Source: Fidelibacterota bacterium | GTDB lineage: Bacteria > Fidelibacterota > Fidelibacteria > Fidelibacterales > Fidelibacteraceae | Direction: 5' to 3' | DNA length: 55,680 nt | Assembly (NCBI GenBank): GCA_034723415.1 | Contig: JAYEOX010000109.1 | Location: 8,129-63,808, forward strand | Part shown: positions 41,844-51,328 of the stretch, in pieces | Layout: every line of letters begins with the position of its first letter | Numbering within the stretch: the stretch's first letter is position 1 | Program-made: the position numbers and the translations under genes | The notes under the pieces: generated by a model | Databases searched by the model: none | What the model saw: the letters and a program-made list of their open reading frames with translations, nothing else | What the model was told of the DNA's origin: nothing

Positions 41844-43283
41844 ATGAATAAAAAAATAGAAGACATTTTAGAAATTTTTCAGCAGATCAATAATATTCCT
41901 CGTTGTTCAAAAAAGGAAGAAGAAATTTCTAATTGGTTAATGGATTGGGCAAAAGAGCATAAATTGAAAGCTGTTCGTGATGAGGTCAAAAATGTGTTGA
42001 TAAAAGTTCCGGCTACTAAAGGGTTAGAAGACAGGCAAACAATTGTAATCCAAGGTCATATGGATATGGTTTGTGAGAAAACACCGAATTCGTCACACGA
42101 TTTTTCAAAAGATCCGATTGAAAATATAATTGATGGAAATTGGTTGCATGCGAATCACACGACTTTAGGTGCTGATAATGGAGTTGCCTTGGCTTTCGGC
42201 TTGGAGTTAGCAAGAGATAAAAACATTGATCATCCACCGTTAGAACTTCTATTTACAGTTGATGAAGAAACCGGGTTAACTGGTGCAAATGCATTAAAGG
42301 ATGATTTATTAAGTGGAAAAATATTATTGAATTTAGATTCTGAAGAGGAAGGAACATTTACAATTGGATGTGCCGGTGGAAGAGATACAGAAATTATTTT
42401 ACCAATTAATTATGAAAAAATTCTTGATAACTATTTATTATATAAAATTGAAGTTTCAGGATTAATGGGTGGACATTCCGGACAAGACATTACTGTTCAT
42501 AGAGCGAATGCTAATAAAGTTTTAGCAAGAGTATTGCAGTCAATTAAAGAAAAATGTTTATTTAATATTGTTGATCTTTCCGGTGGAACTGCTCATAATG
42601 CCATTCCTCGCGATTCAAATGCAATAATAAGTTTTAAATCTGAATTCTATGAAAAAATTAAACAAATTGTTGATGAAGTTGAAGATATAATTCAAAATGA
42701 ATTTTCTGAAACTGAAGATTCAATAAAAATTAAATTGATTGAAAGTAATGAGAATTATACGGAATCATTTGATGTAAAAACTACTGAAAGGGCAATTGAT
42801 TTACTAATTGCATTACCTCACGGGATAAAGGAAATGTCTTTAGAATTTAAAGGATTACCGGAAACATCTTGCAACTTAGCAACAATAGAAATTGAAAATG
42901 GTAAATTAAAGATTCTTTCAAGTCAGAGAAGTTCCAAAATGTCAGTAAGAGATTCTTTAACAAAAGAGATTGAAACAATAGCAAAATTAGGTGGAGCTGA
43001 ATATAAATCTGGGGAAGGATATTCTTCTTGGCAACCAAATACCGATTCCAAATTATTAGCACATTGTAAAGATGTATATAAACAAAAATTTGAAAAAGAT
43101 GCAAAGATAGAAGTGGTTCATGGCGGATTGGAATGTGGAGTGATTGGTGCAAAATATGAAGGAATGGATATGATATCAATCGGACCAACAATAAAAAATC
43201 CACATAGTCCGCAGGAAAAATTATACATTCCCTCAATAATAAAATTTTGGGATTTTGTTTGTGAATTGCTTAAATCATTTTAG
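41844..43283 (+). CDS. pepD: Aminoacyl-histidine (Xaa-His) dipeptidase, M20C
   Basis: QGHMDMV, TLGADNG, DEETG, NLDSE, GGHSG, HGGLECG, PHSP.E. Confidence 0.93.
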   Translation: MNKKIEDILEIFQQINNIPRCSKKEEEISNWLMDWAKEHKLKAVRDEVKNVLIKVPATKGLEDRQTIVIQGHMDMVCEKTPNSSHDFSKDPIENIIDGNWLHANHTTLGADNGVALAFGLELARDKNIDHPPLELLFTVDEETGLTGANALKDDLLSGKILLNLDSEEEGTFTIGCAGGRDTEIILPINYEKILDNYLLYKIEVSGLMGGHSGQDITVHRANANKVLARVLQSIKEKCLFNIVDLSGGTAHNAIPRDSNAIISFKSEFYEKIKQIVDEVEDIIQNEFSETEDSIKIKLIESNENYTESFDVKTTERAIDLLIALPHGIKEMSLEFKGLPETSCNLATIEIENGKLKILSSQRSSKMSVRDSLTKEIETIAKLGGAEYKSGEGYSSWQPNTDSKLLAHCKDVYKQKFEKDAKIEVVHGGLECGVIGAKYEGMDMISIGPTIKNPHSPQEKLYIPSIIKFWDFVCELLKSF

Positions 43284-43496
43284 TTAATATATATGGACTG
43301 TTTCATGCAAAGAGGCAATGACGAAAATAAAGAGTTAAGGTTGAGAGTAATTAAGAATAATATTTTGATTTTTACTCTGCGAAATGTTTCCATATTCAAT
43401 CTTGATTGAAAATCTATTTGTGGTTTTTTAGTAAAAGAGAAAAATCTTATAAAATGTTTTGTTAAAAGAATATATTTTTATAAATTAAACATTATT

Positions 43497-44957
43497 ATGG
43501 AAATAAAAATATCTAAATATAATACTATGAATAATATAAAAAAAACATTGCCCATTATCTTTTTTCTATTGTTTTCTTTTTGTGGGAACAATAACAATAT
43601 TGATAAATTTATTAATAATGGAGAATATCAAAAGGCAAAAAAAGTGATAAATGCAAAAATCAATACAAATTCAATCTCAGAGGGAGAGATATATAATCTG
43701 AAAATGAAAAAAGAAATTATGGATCGTATTGAATTGGATTTTGATAAATCGCTTGATGAAATTCTGCCTGAGATCAAAAAATATTTTCCAAATGTAACAG
43801 ATAAACAAATTTTGGAATGGGAAAATGAAAAATCATTAGAAATGAAAATAATTAATGGTAAAAAGAAATATTTTTCAAATGCTGTACCAAATTTGTTTAG
43901 GATCAATGAAGAAGCAAAGTCAAAGAAAAAAGAAATAGATAAAACTCCGGGAAAAGATGATTGGCAAATATTCTTAGAAAATGATGCGAGAAAAACAATA
44001 AAATTGGTAAAAAACACTGACAAAGAGTTAGTTAATCCTGCAAAGGTTAAATTTACATATACTGTTACAGTTGATGCTGATGCTGTCCCGTCAGGAGAAA
44101 ATATTCGCTGTTGGTTACCATATCCTCGGAAGGGAAATGATAGACAAAAAGATATTAAACTCATTTCAACTAATGTAAAAGAATATGTGTTAGCAGATAA
44201 TGAAAATCTTCAACGCACTATTTATTTAGAAAAACCTGCTGTAAAAGGTAAACCAACTGAATTTCAAGTAGAATTTTCATTAACTTCTTATGCACAATAT
44301 CAAAAAATAGATTTGAAAGATATAAAACCATATAAAAACAGTACAGAATTTTATAAAAAATATACAAGTGAGCGAAATACACATATAATATTTACAAGAG
44401 AAATTAAAGAATTATCAAAAAAAATTATTGGTACCGAAACAAATCCGTATTTAAAGGCAAAAAAGATATTTATTTGGATAGATAAAAATATTCCATGGGC
44501 AAGTGCAAGAGAATATTCTACAATGCCGAATATACCAATGTATGTTTTAAAGAATAAACATGGCGATTGTGGAATGCAAACACTTTTGTTTATGACTTTA
44601 GCTCGTTATAATGGTATTCCGGTTAAATGGCAGAGTGGGTGGCATTTTCATCCTGGCCATATTAATTTGCATGATTGGGGAGAATTCTATCTTGAAGGAA
44701 TTGGTTGGATACCGGTAGATCAGTCATTTGGTACAATAATTTCCGATGACGAAAATATACACAATTTTTACTTGGGGAATATTGATAGATATCGACTTAT
44801 AATTAATGATGATTATTCAAAACCATTATTCCCGAGTAAAATTTATCCAAGAAGTGAAACGGTAGATTTTCAGCGTGGCGAATTGGAATGGAAAGGCGGG
44901 AATCTATATTTTGATAAATGGAATTATGATATGAAAATAGAATATTTAACAGAATAA
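43497..44957 (+). CDS. Transglutaminase-like (papain-fold) putative lipoprotein; start may be 43527
   Basis: Lipobox-like FSFC after a hydrophobic stretch; triad motifs GDCG, HDW, WIPVD. Confidence 0.8.
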   Translation: MEIKISKYNTMNNIKKTLPIIFFLLFSFCGNNNNIDKFINNGEYQKAKKVINAKINTNSISEGEIYNLKMKKEIMDRIELDFDKSLDEILPEIKKYFPNVTDKQILEWENEKSLEMKIINGKKKYFSNAVPNLFRINEEAKSKKKEIDKTPGKDDWQIFLENDARKTIKLVKNTDKELVNPAKVKFTYTVTVDADAVPSGENIRCWLPYPRKGNDRQKDIKLISTNVKEYVLADNENLQRTIYLEKPAVKGKPTEFQVEFSLTSYAQYQKIDLKDIKPYKNSTEFYKKYTSERNTHIIFTREIKELSKKIIGTETNPYLKAKKIFIWIDKNIPWASAREYSTMPNIPMYVLKNKHGDCGMQTLLFMTLARYNGIPVKWQSGWHFHPGHINLHDWGEFYLEGIGWIPVDQSFGTIISDDENIHNFYLGNIDRYRLIINDDYSKPLFPSKIYPRSETVDFQRGELEWKGGNLYFDKWNYDMKIEYLTE

Positions 44958-44975
44958 TTTAAAAAAAGGAGAGTT

Positions 44976-46013
44976 ATGAAAAAAGCATTAGTTTTATTTC
45001 TCATTTTTGGTTTATTTTTTATAAGCTGTGGGAAAAAAGTTTCCGGACCAAAGTACAAAAAAGGGACAGAAGAATATAAATTCTTTGAAGTGATGGCAAA
45101 AACAACGCCATATATGGCGCCGGATACAACGGTAGAATTGATAAAAACAAATGAATTTATCGTAGTTAATCATGATGTCATGCCATTAGTATTTCAAACA
45201 ATGCGTGGAGATACTGCCAGTTTTGTTAATAGAGATAGCAAGCAAATAGTAAAATTTATTGATAGAATAGTAAGCCAATATGGGACTACGGAATTGTTAT
45301 TGGCTGATGCAGGTAAGCACAATGTAAAGATTAATAAAAAAGAATTAGAAGATGAATTATCCAAAATTTATTCACGATATGGTGGTGAAGAAAAGTTTGG
45401 AGCTATGGTTGAGAAACAAGGCACTACAATTGATGATGTTAAGAAAGATCTAAAGAAAAACTTAACTATAAAAAAATATTTTAACGATGTAATCTTTTCA
45501 GAAATAAAAATCAATGAAGCTAAGATTAAAGAAAGATATGAAAAGAGTAAAGATAATTATAATAAGGAAGTTGCAACAGTTAGGCATATATTGTTTTTAA
45601 CAAAGAACAACTCTGATTCTGAAAAAGTTGAAATAAAAGCAACAGCATTAAAAGTATTAGAAAAAGCAAGATCGGGAGAAGATTTTGAGACATTAGTTAA
45701 AAAATATTCAGAAGATCCGGGTTCAAAAGAAAATGGCGGTTTATACGAAAATTTTCAAAGAGGACGCATGGTTAAATCGTTTGAAGATGTAGCTTTCAGC
45801 GCTCCAATTGGTTCTATAAGTGATTTAGTAGAAACACAATATGGCTACCATATAATAAAAATTGTTGATAGAAAAGATAATTTGAGTTATGAAGAAGTAA
45901 AAGATGAAATTGAGGAACAGTTGAAACAAGTAAAAGAAAGAAGTATGGCACCGATTGTTATTGATTCATTAAAACAGGTATATAATTATGAGAAATTATT
46001 AAAAAATAATTAA
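44976..46013 (+). CDS. Parvulin-type peptidyl-prolyl isomerase lipoprotein (PrsA/SurA-like)
   Basis: Lipobox FISC, VRHIL, YSEDPGS..NGG, MV..FE..AF, YGYHII. Confidence 0.9.
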   Translation: MKKALVLFLIFGLFFISCGKKVSGPKYKKGTEEYKFFEVMAKTTPYMAPDTTVELIKTNEFIVVNHDVMPLVFQTMRGDTASFVNRDSKQIVKFIDRIVSQYGTTELLLADAGKHNVKINKKELEDELSKIYSRYGGEEKFGAMVEKQGTTIDDVKKDLKKNLTIKKYFNDVIFSEIKINEAKIKERYEKSKDNYNKEVATVRHILFLTKNNSDSEKVEIKATALKVLEKARSGEDFETLVKKYSEDPGSKENGGLYENFQRGRMVKSFEDVAFSAPIGSISDLVETQYGYHIIKIVDRKDNLSYEEVKDEIEEQLKQVKERSMAPIVIDSLKQVYNYEKLLKNN

Positions 46014-46031
46014 TTGTGTTATAAATCACAA
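46014..46031. promoter_or_regulatory. Palindromic operator-like site (Rex- or CRP-like)
   Basis: TTGTG-TTATAAAT-CACAA inside a perfect AATTGTG/CACAATT palindrome, next to TTGAAA. Confidence 0.45.
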
Positions 46032-46099
46032 TTGAAATTTTTTATTTGGATATTAGTTTTTTTTTAATTAACATATAATAATTAAAAGAGGAGAAAGTT

Positions 46100-46684
46100 A
46101 TGAAAAAAGTTTTAGTTCTGTTTATGTTAGCAGTTTTCGGTTTGATACTGTTAACTGGCTGTGGTGGAAGCAAACAAGTTTCTGCTGAAAAAAACCCTTA
46201 TTTACAAATGCAAAAAAGAGCAAATGAATTTAATAAGAATGGTGCTGTTGCAGTTGTAGGACAGGGTGAAAGTTCTCGCGAAGATATTGCTCGCAAAAAA
46301 TCTTATACAGATGCAAGAGCAAATTTAGCAGATGCTTTAGAAGCAAAAGTACAGACATTATCCAAATCATTTTTAGAAGAAGTTGGTACATCCGGTGATT
46401 CTGAAATTAACGAGGCATTTTCTAGAACAACTAAAGTAATGTCTAGTTCTGTATTAAAGGGTTCTTTTCCGGAAGATGAAGTTATGGTTGAAAAAGAAGG
46501 TAAAATTACAATTTATACATTAATGGTTATTAACCCCGCTACTTTCAATCAATCTTTATTGGATGAAATGAATAAAAGCGGAAATAAAAAATTGTATGAA
46601 CGCTTCAGAGCATCACAAGCTTACGATGAATTGAACAATGAAATGGAAAAATACGAAGAATCAAATCCACAACCTTCACCATAA
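46100..46684 (+). CDS. LPP20-like lipoprotein
   Basis: Lipobox LTGC; VG.G.S...AR......AR..LA......V pattern; GAGGAG SD. Confidence 0.65.
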   Translation: MKKVLVLFMLAVFGLILLTGCGGSKQVSAEKNPYLQMQKRANEFNKNGAVAVVGQGESSREDIARKKSYTDARANLADALEAKVQTLSKSFLEEVGTSGDSEINEAFSRTTKVMSSSVLKGSFPEDEVMVEKEGKITIYTLMVINPATFNQSLLDEMNKSGNKKLYERFRASQAYDELNNEMEKYEESNPQPSP

Positions 46685-46733
46685 TCTTCTTCGAAATTAA
46701 TTAAAGTATTAATTTATTAGAAATACGCTTATT

Positions 46734-46763
46734 AAAAGGGTGGTTAGTTACTGCCCTTTTTTT
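46734..46763 (+). terminator. Intrinsic terminator
   Basis: AAAAGGGTGGT-TAGTT-ACTGCCC followed by T7. Confidence 0.75.
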
Positions 46764-46851
46764 ATTTTTTATATTTGTTTGAGGATAAGTTATAATTAAA
46801 TTTAATTCAATAGTAAATAGATTTTAGCTTAATTTAATGATTGGAGAGAAA

Positions 46852-47601
46852 ATGAAAATAATTTATAAAATAATTTTAGTGTATGTTTTTTTTACTTCGA
46901 TAAAATTATTTGGCATTTCCTCATATCCCGACTGGTTTTTATTTCAGGAAAATTATCCAAATACTATTGTTGGTTATAGTTATGGTGGTTATACAGCTGT
47001 AATTGATGCTGAAAGGAATTATTGTGTTTATAATAATTGCGTAGCAAATGGAATACTTTATAGATTTCAAAATTATGATAAAAAAAATAGTGAATATTTT
47101 TATTATTTTTCTCCTGATTCATTAAAAAAGATAAAAGATCAACTTTATGTTATGTCTTCATTTTTAACTAATGTGATCAATAGTGAGTACATCAAGTTAT
47201 TTTCAAAAGATAAAACAAATGATATTGTTTTAAAATTTGTTAATTTAAAGAATTCTTCAATGCCGAAATGGGTAAAGAAAAAACCGTTTTTCCAGGATGG
47301 GAATTATTATTATGGCGTTGGGGAATATCAAAGTAGGGCAAATGAAAATGATGCATGGAAAACTGCTGAAGAACAGGCAATTTTTGCAATTATGACTAAT
47401 TTGGCTATAAATTTTTATTCGGTTAATATTTTAAATGTTGATGAAAATGGTGATAATTATGAAGAAGCAACTGCAATAAAAGTGAAATATAAATTCGATA
47501 ATATTCAAATACAAAGAAGATGGGTGGATTTAAATAAACATTATTATTATGTATTAGTTAGAATAAAAAAATCAGATGTCTATTCTCCTTTTATGAATTA
47601 G
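46852..47601 (+). CDS. Exported protein with LPP20-like domain(s)
   Basis: Signal peptide; PDW and PKWV..YYYGVG...A...A...A motifs; GGAGAG SD before ATG 46852. Confidence 0.55.
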   Translation: MKIIYKIILVYVFFTSIKLFGISSYPDWFLFQENYPNTIVGYSYGGYTAVIDAERNYCVYNNCVANGILYRFQNYDKKNSEYFYYFSPDSLKKIKDQLYVMSSFLTNVINSEYIKLFSKDKTNDIVLKFVNLKNSSMPKWVKKKPFFQDGNYYYGVGEYQSRANENDAWKTAEEQAIFAIMTNLAINFYSVNILNVDENGDNYEEATAIKVKYKFDNIQIQRRWVDLNKHYYYVLVRIKKSDVYSPFMN

Positions 47602-47649
47602 GGATTTGGTATTGGGAATTTTTTAACCAATAAATACACAAGAAAACCA

Positions 47650-47740
47650 AACCACAATGAACACAAGGAAAATTTAAAGTTATTCGAAACTATAATAAAT
47701 TCTTTGTGTTCTTATTCCTTCTTTGCGAACTTTGCGTGAA
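47650..47740. repeat. Inverted pair of short dispersed repeats between convergent genes
   Basis: 47650-47668 is 18/19 identical to the reverse complement of 184-202. CTTTGTGTTC..CTTTGCGAACTTTGCGTG lies on the opposite side. Confidence 0.7.
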
Positions 47741-47768
47741 ATCTTTTCATAATTGCGTTTTCAAATAT

Positions 47769-48647
47769 TTATTCATCAAGAATTGCGGTTTGACTTCTAA
47801 ATCCTTCACCTTGTAAAATTGAAATATTTTGGATCGTTATAAATGCTTTTTTATCTTCTTCTTTTACTATTCGTCTAACATTTTCAATTTGACGACGAGA
47901 AACTACACAATAGAGAGTTTTCTTTTTACTATTTGTATATAATCCAACCGAATCAAATCCTGTAACACCTCTTTTTATTTCTATCATTATTCTTTTAGAA
48001 ATAATATTCCAATTTTTACTAATAATAAAGATACCTTTTTCAGAGAGCACTCCTTCAATTATCGTATCTGTAACTTTTGAAGTAATTCCCAAGGCAATTA
48101 GGCAAAATAGAATTAAATCTACATCAGCAAAGACAATTCCACCCAAGAGAATAATAAATGTATCGACAAACATAAATGACCAACCTAAAGAGATATTAAA
48201 ATATTTATTTATTATTCTGGCAATAATATCTGTTCCTCCTGTAGTCCCACGGCCACGAAATATTATTCCCAAGCCGGCACCTAACAATAATCCTCCGTAA
48301 ATAGTAGCAAGGAATCTGCTGTCAGTTAGTGGTGAAATTTTTAATATTTTATCAATAAAATCACAAAAAAATGATACCCAAAGAATTCCCCATATCGTTT
48401 TAATTCCGAATTTTTTACCGAATATTTTTATTCCGATAAGAAAAAGTGGAATATTTAATATTAACATTGTTATTCCTGCCGGGAAATGATATAGGTGATA
48501 AAGAACAGTAGCGATTCCAGAGACACCACCGGTATTGATCTTATTGGGAATTAGAAAAATCATTAAAGCGATTGAAAGCAATAATGAACCAATCACTATA
48601 AGTAGATAGTCAAGGTATTTATCAAAGAAATTTTTTATTATTTTCAC
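47769..48647 (-). CDS. YitT family membrane protein (GTG start)
   Basis: GGVSG, NIPLF, TTGGTD, C-terminal RGVT...D..AF domain; AGGAGG SD. Confidence 0.9.
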   Translation of the reverse strand: MKIIKNFFDKYLDYLLIVIGSLLLSIALMIFLIPNKINTGGVSGIATVLYHLYHFPAGITMLILNIPLFLIGIKIFGKKFGIKTIWGILWVSFFCDFIDKILKISPLTDSRFLATIYGGLLLGAGLGIIFRGRGTTGGTDIIARIINKYFNISLGWSFMFVDTFIILLGGIVFADVDLILFCLIALGITSKVTDTIIEGVLSEKGIFIISKNWNIISKRIMIEIKRGVTGFDSVGLYTNSKKKTLYCVVSRRQIENVRRIVKEEDKKAFITIQNISILQGEGFRSQTAILDE

Positions 48648-48777
48648 ATTTCCTCCTTTAAAATATTAAATTTATAATATGGTGTAAATATAAGCATAAA
48701 TTAATCTAAGAAAATAAGAAAATATTAGAATATTTAAAAAATTCTACTTATCTTAATATCCTATAAAAAGAGAGAAA

Positions 48778-50073
48778 ATGAATAAAAGAAATAAAATAGT
48801 AAACCCGACAAAATTTGTAAAAGGTCAAATAACTCTTCCCGGTGATAAATCTATAAGTCATAGAACATTATTATTCGCAGCTCTCGCAAAAGGAAAATCA
48901 AAGATAAAATTTTTAAATAATGGGGCTGATGTTCTTTCTACTATAGTTTGTTTGCAAAAACTCGGTATAAAATTTCAACTTGGAAGATATTCAGTTGAGG
49001 TGGATAGTCCGGGTTTTAATAAATGGAACAGGAAAATAAGCGGATCGATTAATTGCGGAAATTCAGGGACTACAACAAGATTGTTAGCTGGTTTAGTGGC
49101 AGGTCAAGGAATTGATGTAAAGATGATTGGAGATGAATCTTTAAATGCTCGTCCAATGAAAAGAATTATTGATCCGTTGAGAGAAATGGGTGCTGACATT
49201 GAGAGTAATGATGGAAAATTACCAATGACTTTTCATGTTAGTAAATTAAAAGGAATTCGATATACATTACCTATTGCGAGTGCTCAAGTTAAATCCTGTT
49301 TACTTTTTGCCGGTTTGTTTGCAGACAGGAAAACTTATATTACAGAGAAAACTCCAACACGAGATCATACTGAAAACATGATGAAAATATTTGGTATTTC
49401 GATATTCAAAAAGAAAGATGTAATTTCTGTAAACAAATTGAAACGAGATGTGATTCCATTTAAATATTCTGTACCGGGTGATCCATCAGCAGCAGCTTTT
49501 TGGATAGCTGCAGGATTATTAGTTCCAAATAGTAAATTAACTTTGAAAAGGGCTTCCCTTAATCCATCTCGAATAAGTTATATAAAGTTGTTGCAAAAAA
49601 ATGGATGTAGAATTCGTATTAATTCAATCAATCAAAGTTTAGAGCCATTTGGAGATATTCTTATTGAATCTTCGAAAATTAAGCCATTTTTAATCAGTAG
49701 GAAAATCGCCGCTTCATTAATAGATGAAATCCCAATTTTAGCACTAATCGCTACACAGGCAAATGGTAAATCAACATTCAGAGGTGTTAAAGAGTTGAGA
49801 CATAAAGAGAGTGATCGGATAAAAAGCATAGTTGAAAGTTTAAAATGTCTCGGTGCTGATATCAAAGAATATCATGATGGTTTTGATATTTTTGGACCGA
49901 CTAAACTTAAAGGAAATACTGTCGATTCGTATGGTGATCATCGTATTGCTATGATGTTGTCAATTGCCGGATTGATTTCTAATTCTCCGGTAAAGATAAA
50001 AAATCATTCTATTGTAAATATTAGTTATCCTGATTTCTATGGGATCTTAAAGAGAATCAGCAGAAAACGGTAA
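48778..50073 (+). CDS. aroA: 3-phosphoshikimate 1-carboxyvinyltransferase (EPSP synthase, class II)
   Basis: PGDKSISHR, GNSGTT.R, SAQVKS, RDHTE, KESDR, DHRIAM. Confidence 0.96.
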   Translation: MNKRNKIVNPTKFVKGQITLPGDKSISHRTLLFAALAKGKSKIKFLNNGADVLSTIVCLQKLGIKFQLGRYSVEVDSPGFNKWNRKISGSINCGNSGTTTRLLAGLVAGQGIDVKMIGDESLNARPMKRIIDPLREMGADIESNDGKLPMTFHVSKLKGIRYTLPIASAQVKSCLLFAGLFADRKTYITEKTPTRDHTENMMKIFGISIFKKKDVISVNKLKRDVIPFKYSVPGDPSAAAFWIAAGLLVPNSKLTLKRASLNPSRISYIKLLQKNGCRIRINSINQSLEPFGDILIESSKIKPFLISRKIAASLIDEIPILALIATQANGKSTFRGVKELRHKESDRIKSIVESLKCLGADIKEYHDGFDIFGPTKLKGNTVDSYGDHRIAMMLSIAGLISNSPVKIKNHSIVNISYPDFYGILKRISRKR

Positions 50074-50112
50074 GTATAACATTAAAAACACATAATTTTA
50101 TTTACTAACATT

Positions 50113-50994
50113 ATGAAATCAAATTCAAAAATACAATTAGGCATTTTAGGCGAAAATATTTCCTACACTAAAAGCCCATTATTACATAATTTAATTAGTA
50201 AACAGAAAAATATTAATTTAGATTATAAAATCTTTGATGTTTCGGAAAGTGAATTCGAAAAATTTATAATTAATCAGCTGAGAGAGATTAATGGTTTTAA
50301 TATCACAATTCCATATAAAGAAAGCGTGATTCCATATTTACATTATATTGAACAAACCGCCGAGAAAATTAGAGCAGTAAATACTGTAAAAGTGAAAAAT
50401 AATAAATTCTATGGTTATAATACCGATATTATTGGATTTATTAAAACAATTAAATTACATATTCTGAATTATAAAAAATATTTCCCTGTGTTAATTGGAT
50501 ATGGTGGTGTTTCGAAAGCTGTTATTTTTGGTTTGGAAGAATTAGGTTTTTCTAATTGTGCGGTAATTGGCGGACTTGATAATAGTGAAAGAAAAGAGAT
50601 GATAAACAACATTTCACCAAAATTAAAAATAAAAATAACTGAAAACATTCCAACTAATTTACCAATTTTATGGATTAATGCTACACCAATTGGCACTAAT
50701 AATTTTCCAAAAATTTCTGATAATTTTATTAAAATCAGGAAAAATGATTTTTTATTTGATCTGAATTATAGTCCGAATCCAACGCATTTACAAAAGTGGT
50801 TTATTAACTCTCATTCGCCTGTACGAGCAGGCAAAGCTGTAAAGTTGCAAAGAAATGATAATAAAATAAAGAGTGTAAATGGAATTTATATGTTAATTTA
50901 TCAAGGAATTGCTTCTGAAGAAATTTGGTTTCCTAATATTAATTTTGTAAATTTAAATATTGAAAATATTGTAGAAGAAATATATAAAAATTAG
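50113..50994 (+). CDS. aroE: Shikimate dehydrogenase with a 17-aa repeat-derived insertion
   Basis: SP..HN, NITIPYK, AVNT, NTD, NATP, DLNY, NG..ML..Q. Confidence 0.9.
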   Translation: MKSNSKIQLGILGENISYTKSPLLHNLISKQKNINLDYKIFDVSESEFEKFIINQLREINGFNITIPYKESVIPYLHYIEQTAEKIRAVNTVKVKNNKFYGYNTDIIGFIKTIKLHILNYKKYFPVLIGYGGVSKAVIFGLEELGFSNCAVIGGLDNSERKEMINNISPKLKIKITENIPTNLPILWINATPIGTNNFPKISDNFIKIRKNDFLFDLNYSPNPTHLQKWFINSHSPVRAGKAVKLQRNDNKIKSVNGIYMLIYQGIASEEIWFPNINFVNLNIENIVEEIYKN

Positions 50995-51010
50995 AACAGA
51001 ATTAAAAAAA

Positions 51011-51328
51011 TTGAGTGAAATTCAATTGGAAAAAATGACAAGGAAAGAAATTCAAAAAAATTTGGAATTACTTATTTGGGATTTAAATATAGATAAGTCA
51101 AAACTCTATGATTTGTTTGTTGGTAAAATTGACTGTATAAAATCGTTTGACAGAAAAAATTTGTATGCAAGGATGTTAAAATATAATGATTGGTATAAAT
51201 TATTAACGATGATTGAAATGAAGCAATTAAAGGAATTGTTAAATTTGGAAATTATTAATCGATTATTTCCTAAAAGTTTAAAAGAAAATTATTATTATGT
51301 ACGAAAAATTATATTTACTACAAGATAA
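51011..51328 (+). CDS. Small hypothetical protein, putative antitoxin of the downstream NTase
   Basis: L(I)WD...RML...W pattern seen in small partners of AbiEii-like genes; overlaps the next ORF by 32 bp. Confidence 0.55.
   Translation: MSEIQLEKMTRKEIQKNLELLIWDLNIDKSKLYDLFVGKIDCIKSFDRKNLYARMLKYNDWYKLLTMIEMKQLKELLNLEIINRLFPKSLKENYYYVRKIIFTTR

Noticed and set aside
42847..44164. Long antisense ORFs inside pepD and the transglutaminase gene (also in wzc, rpoC, rplP, rplO)
   Set aside because: Shadow frames of well-supported genes; Phe/Ser/Ile-rich with no motifs.
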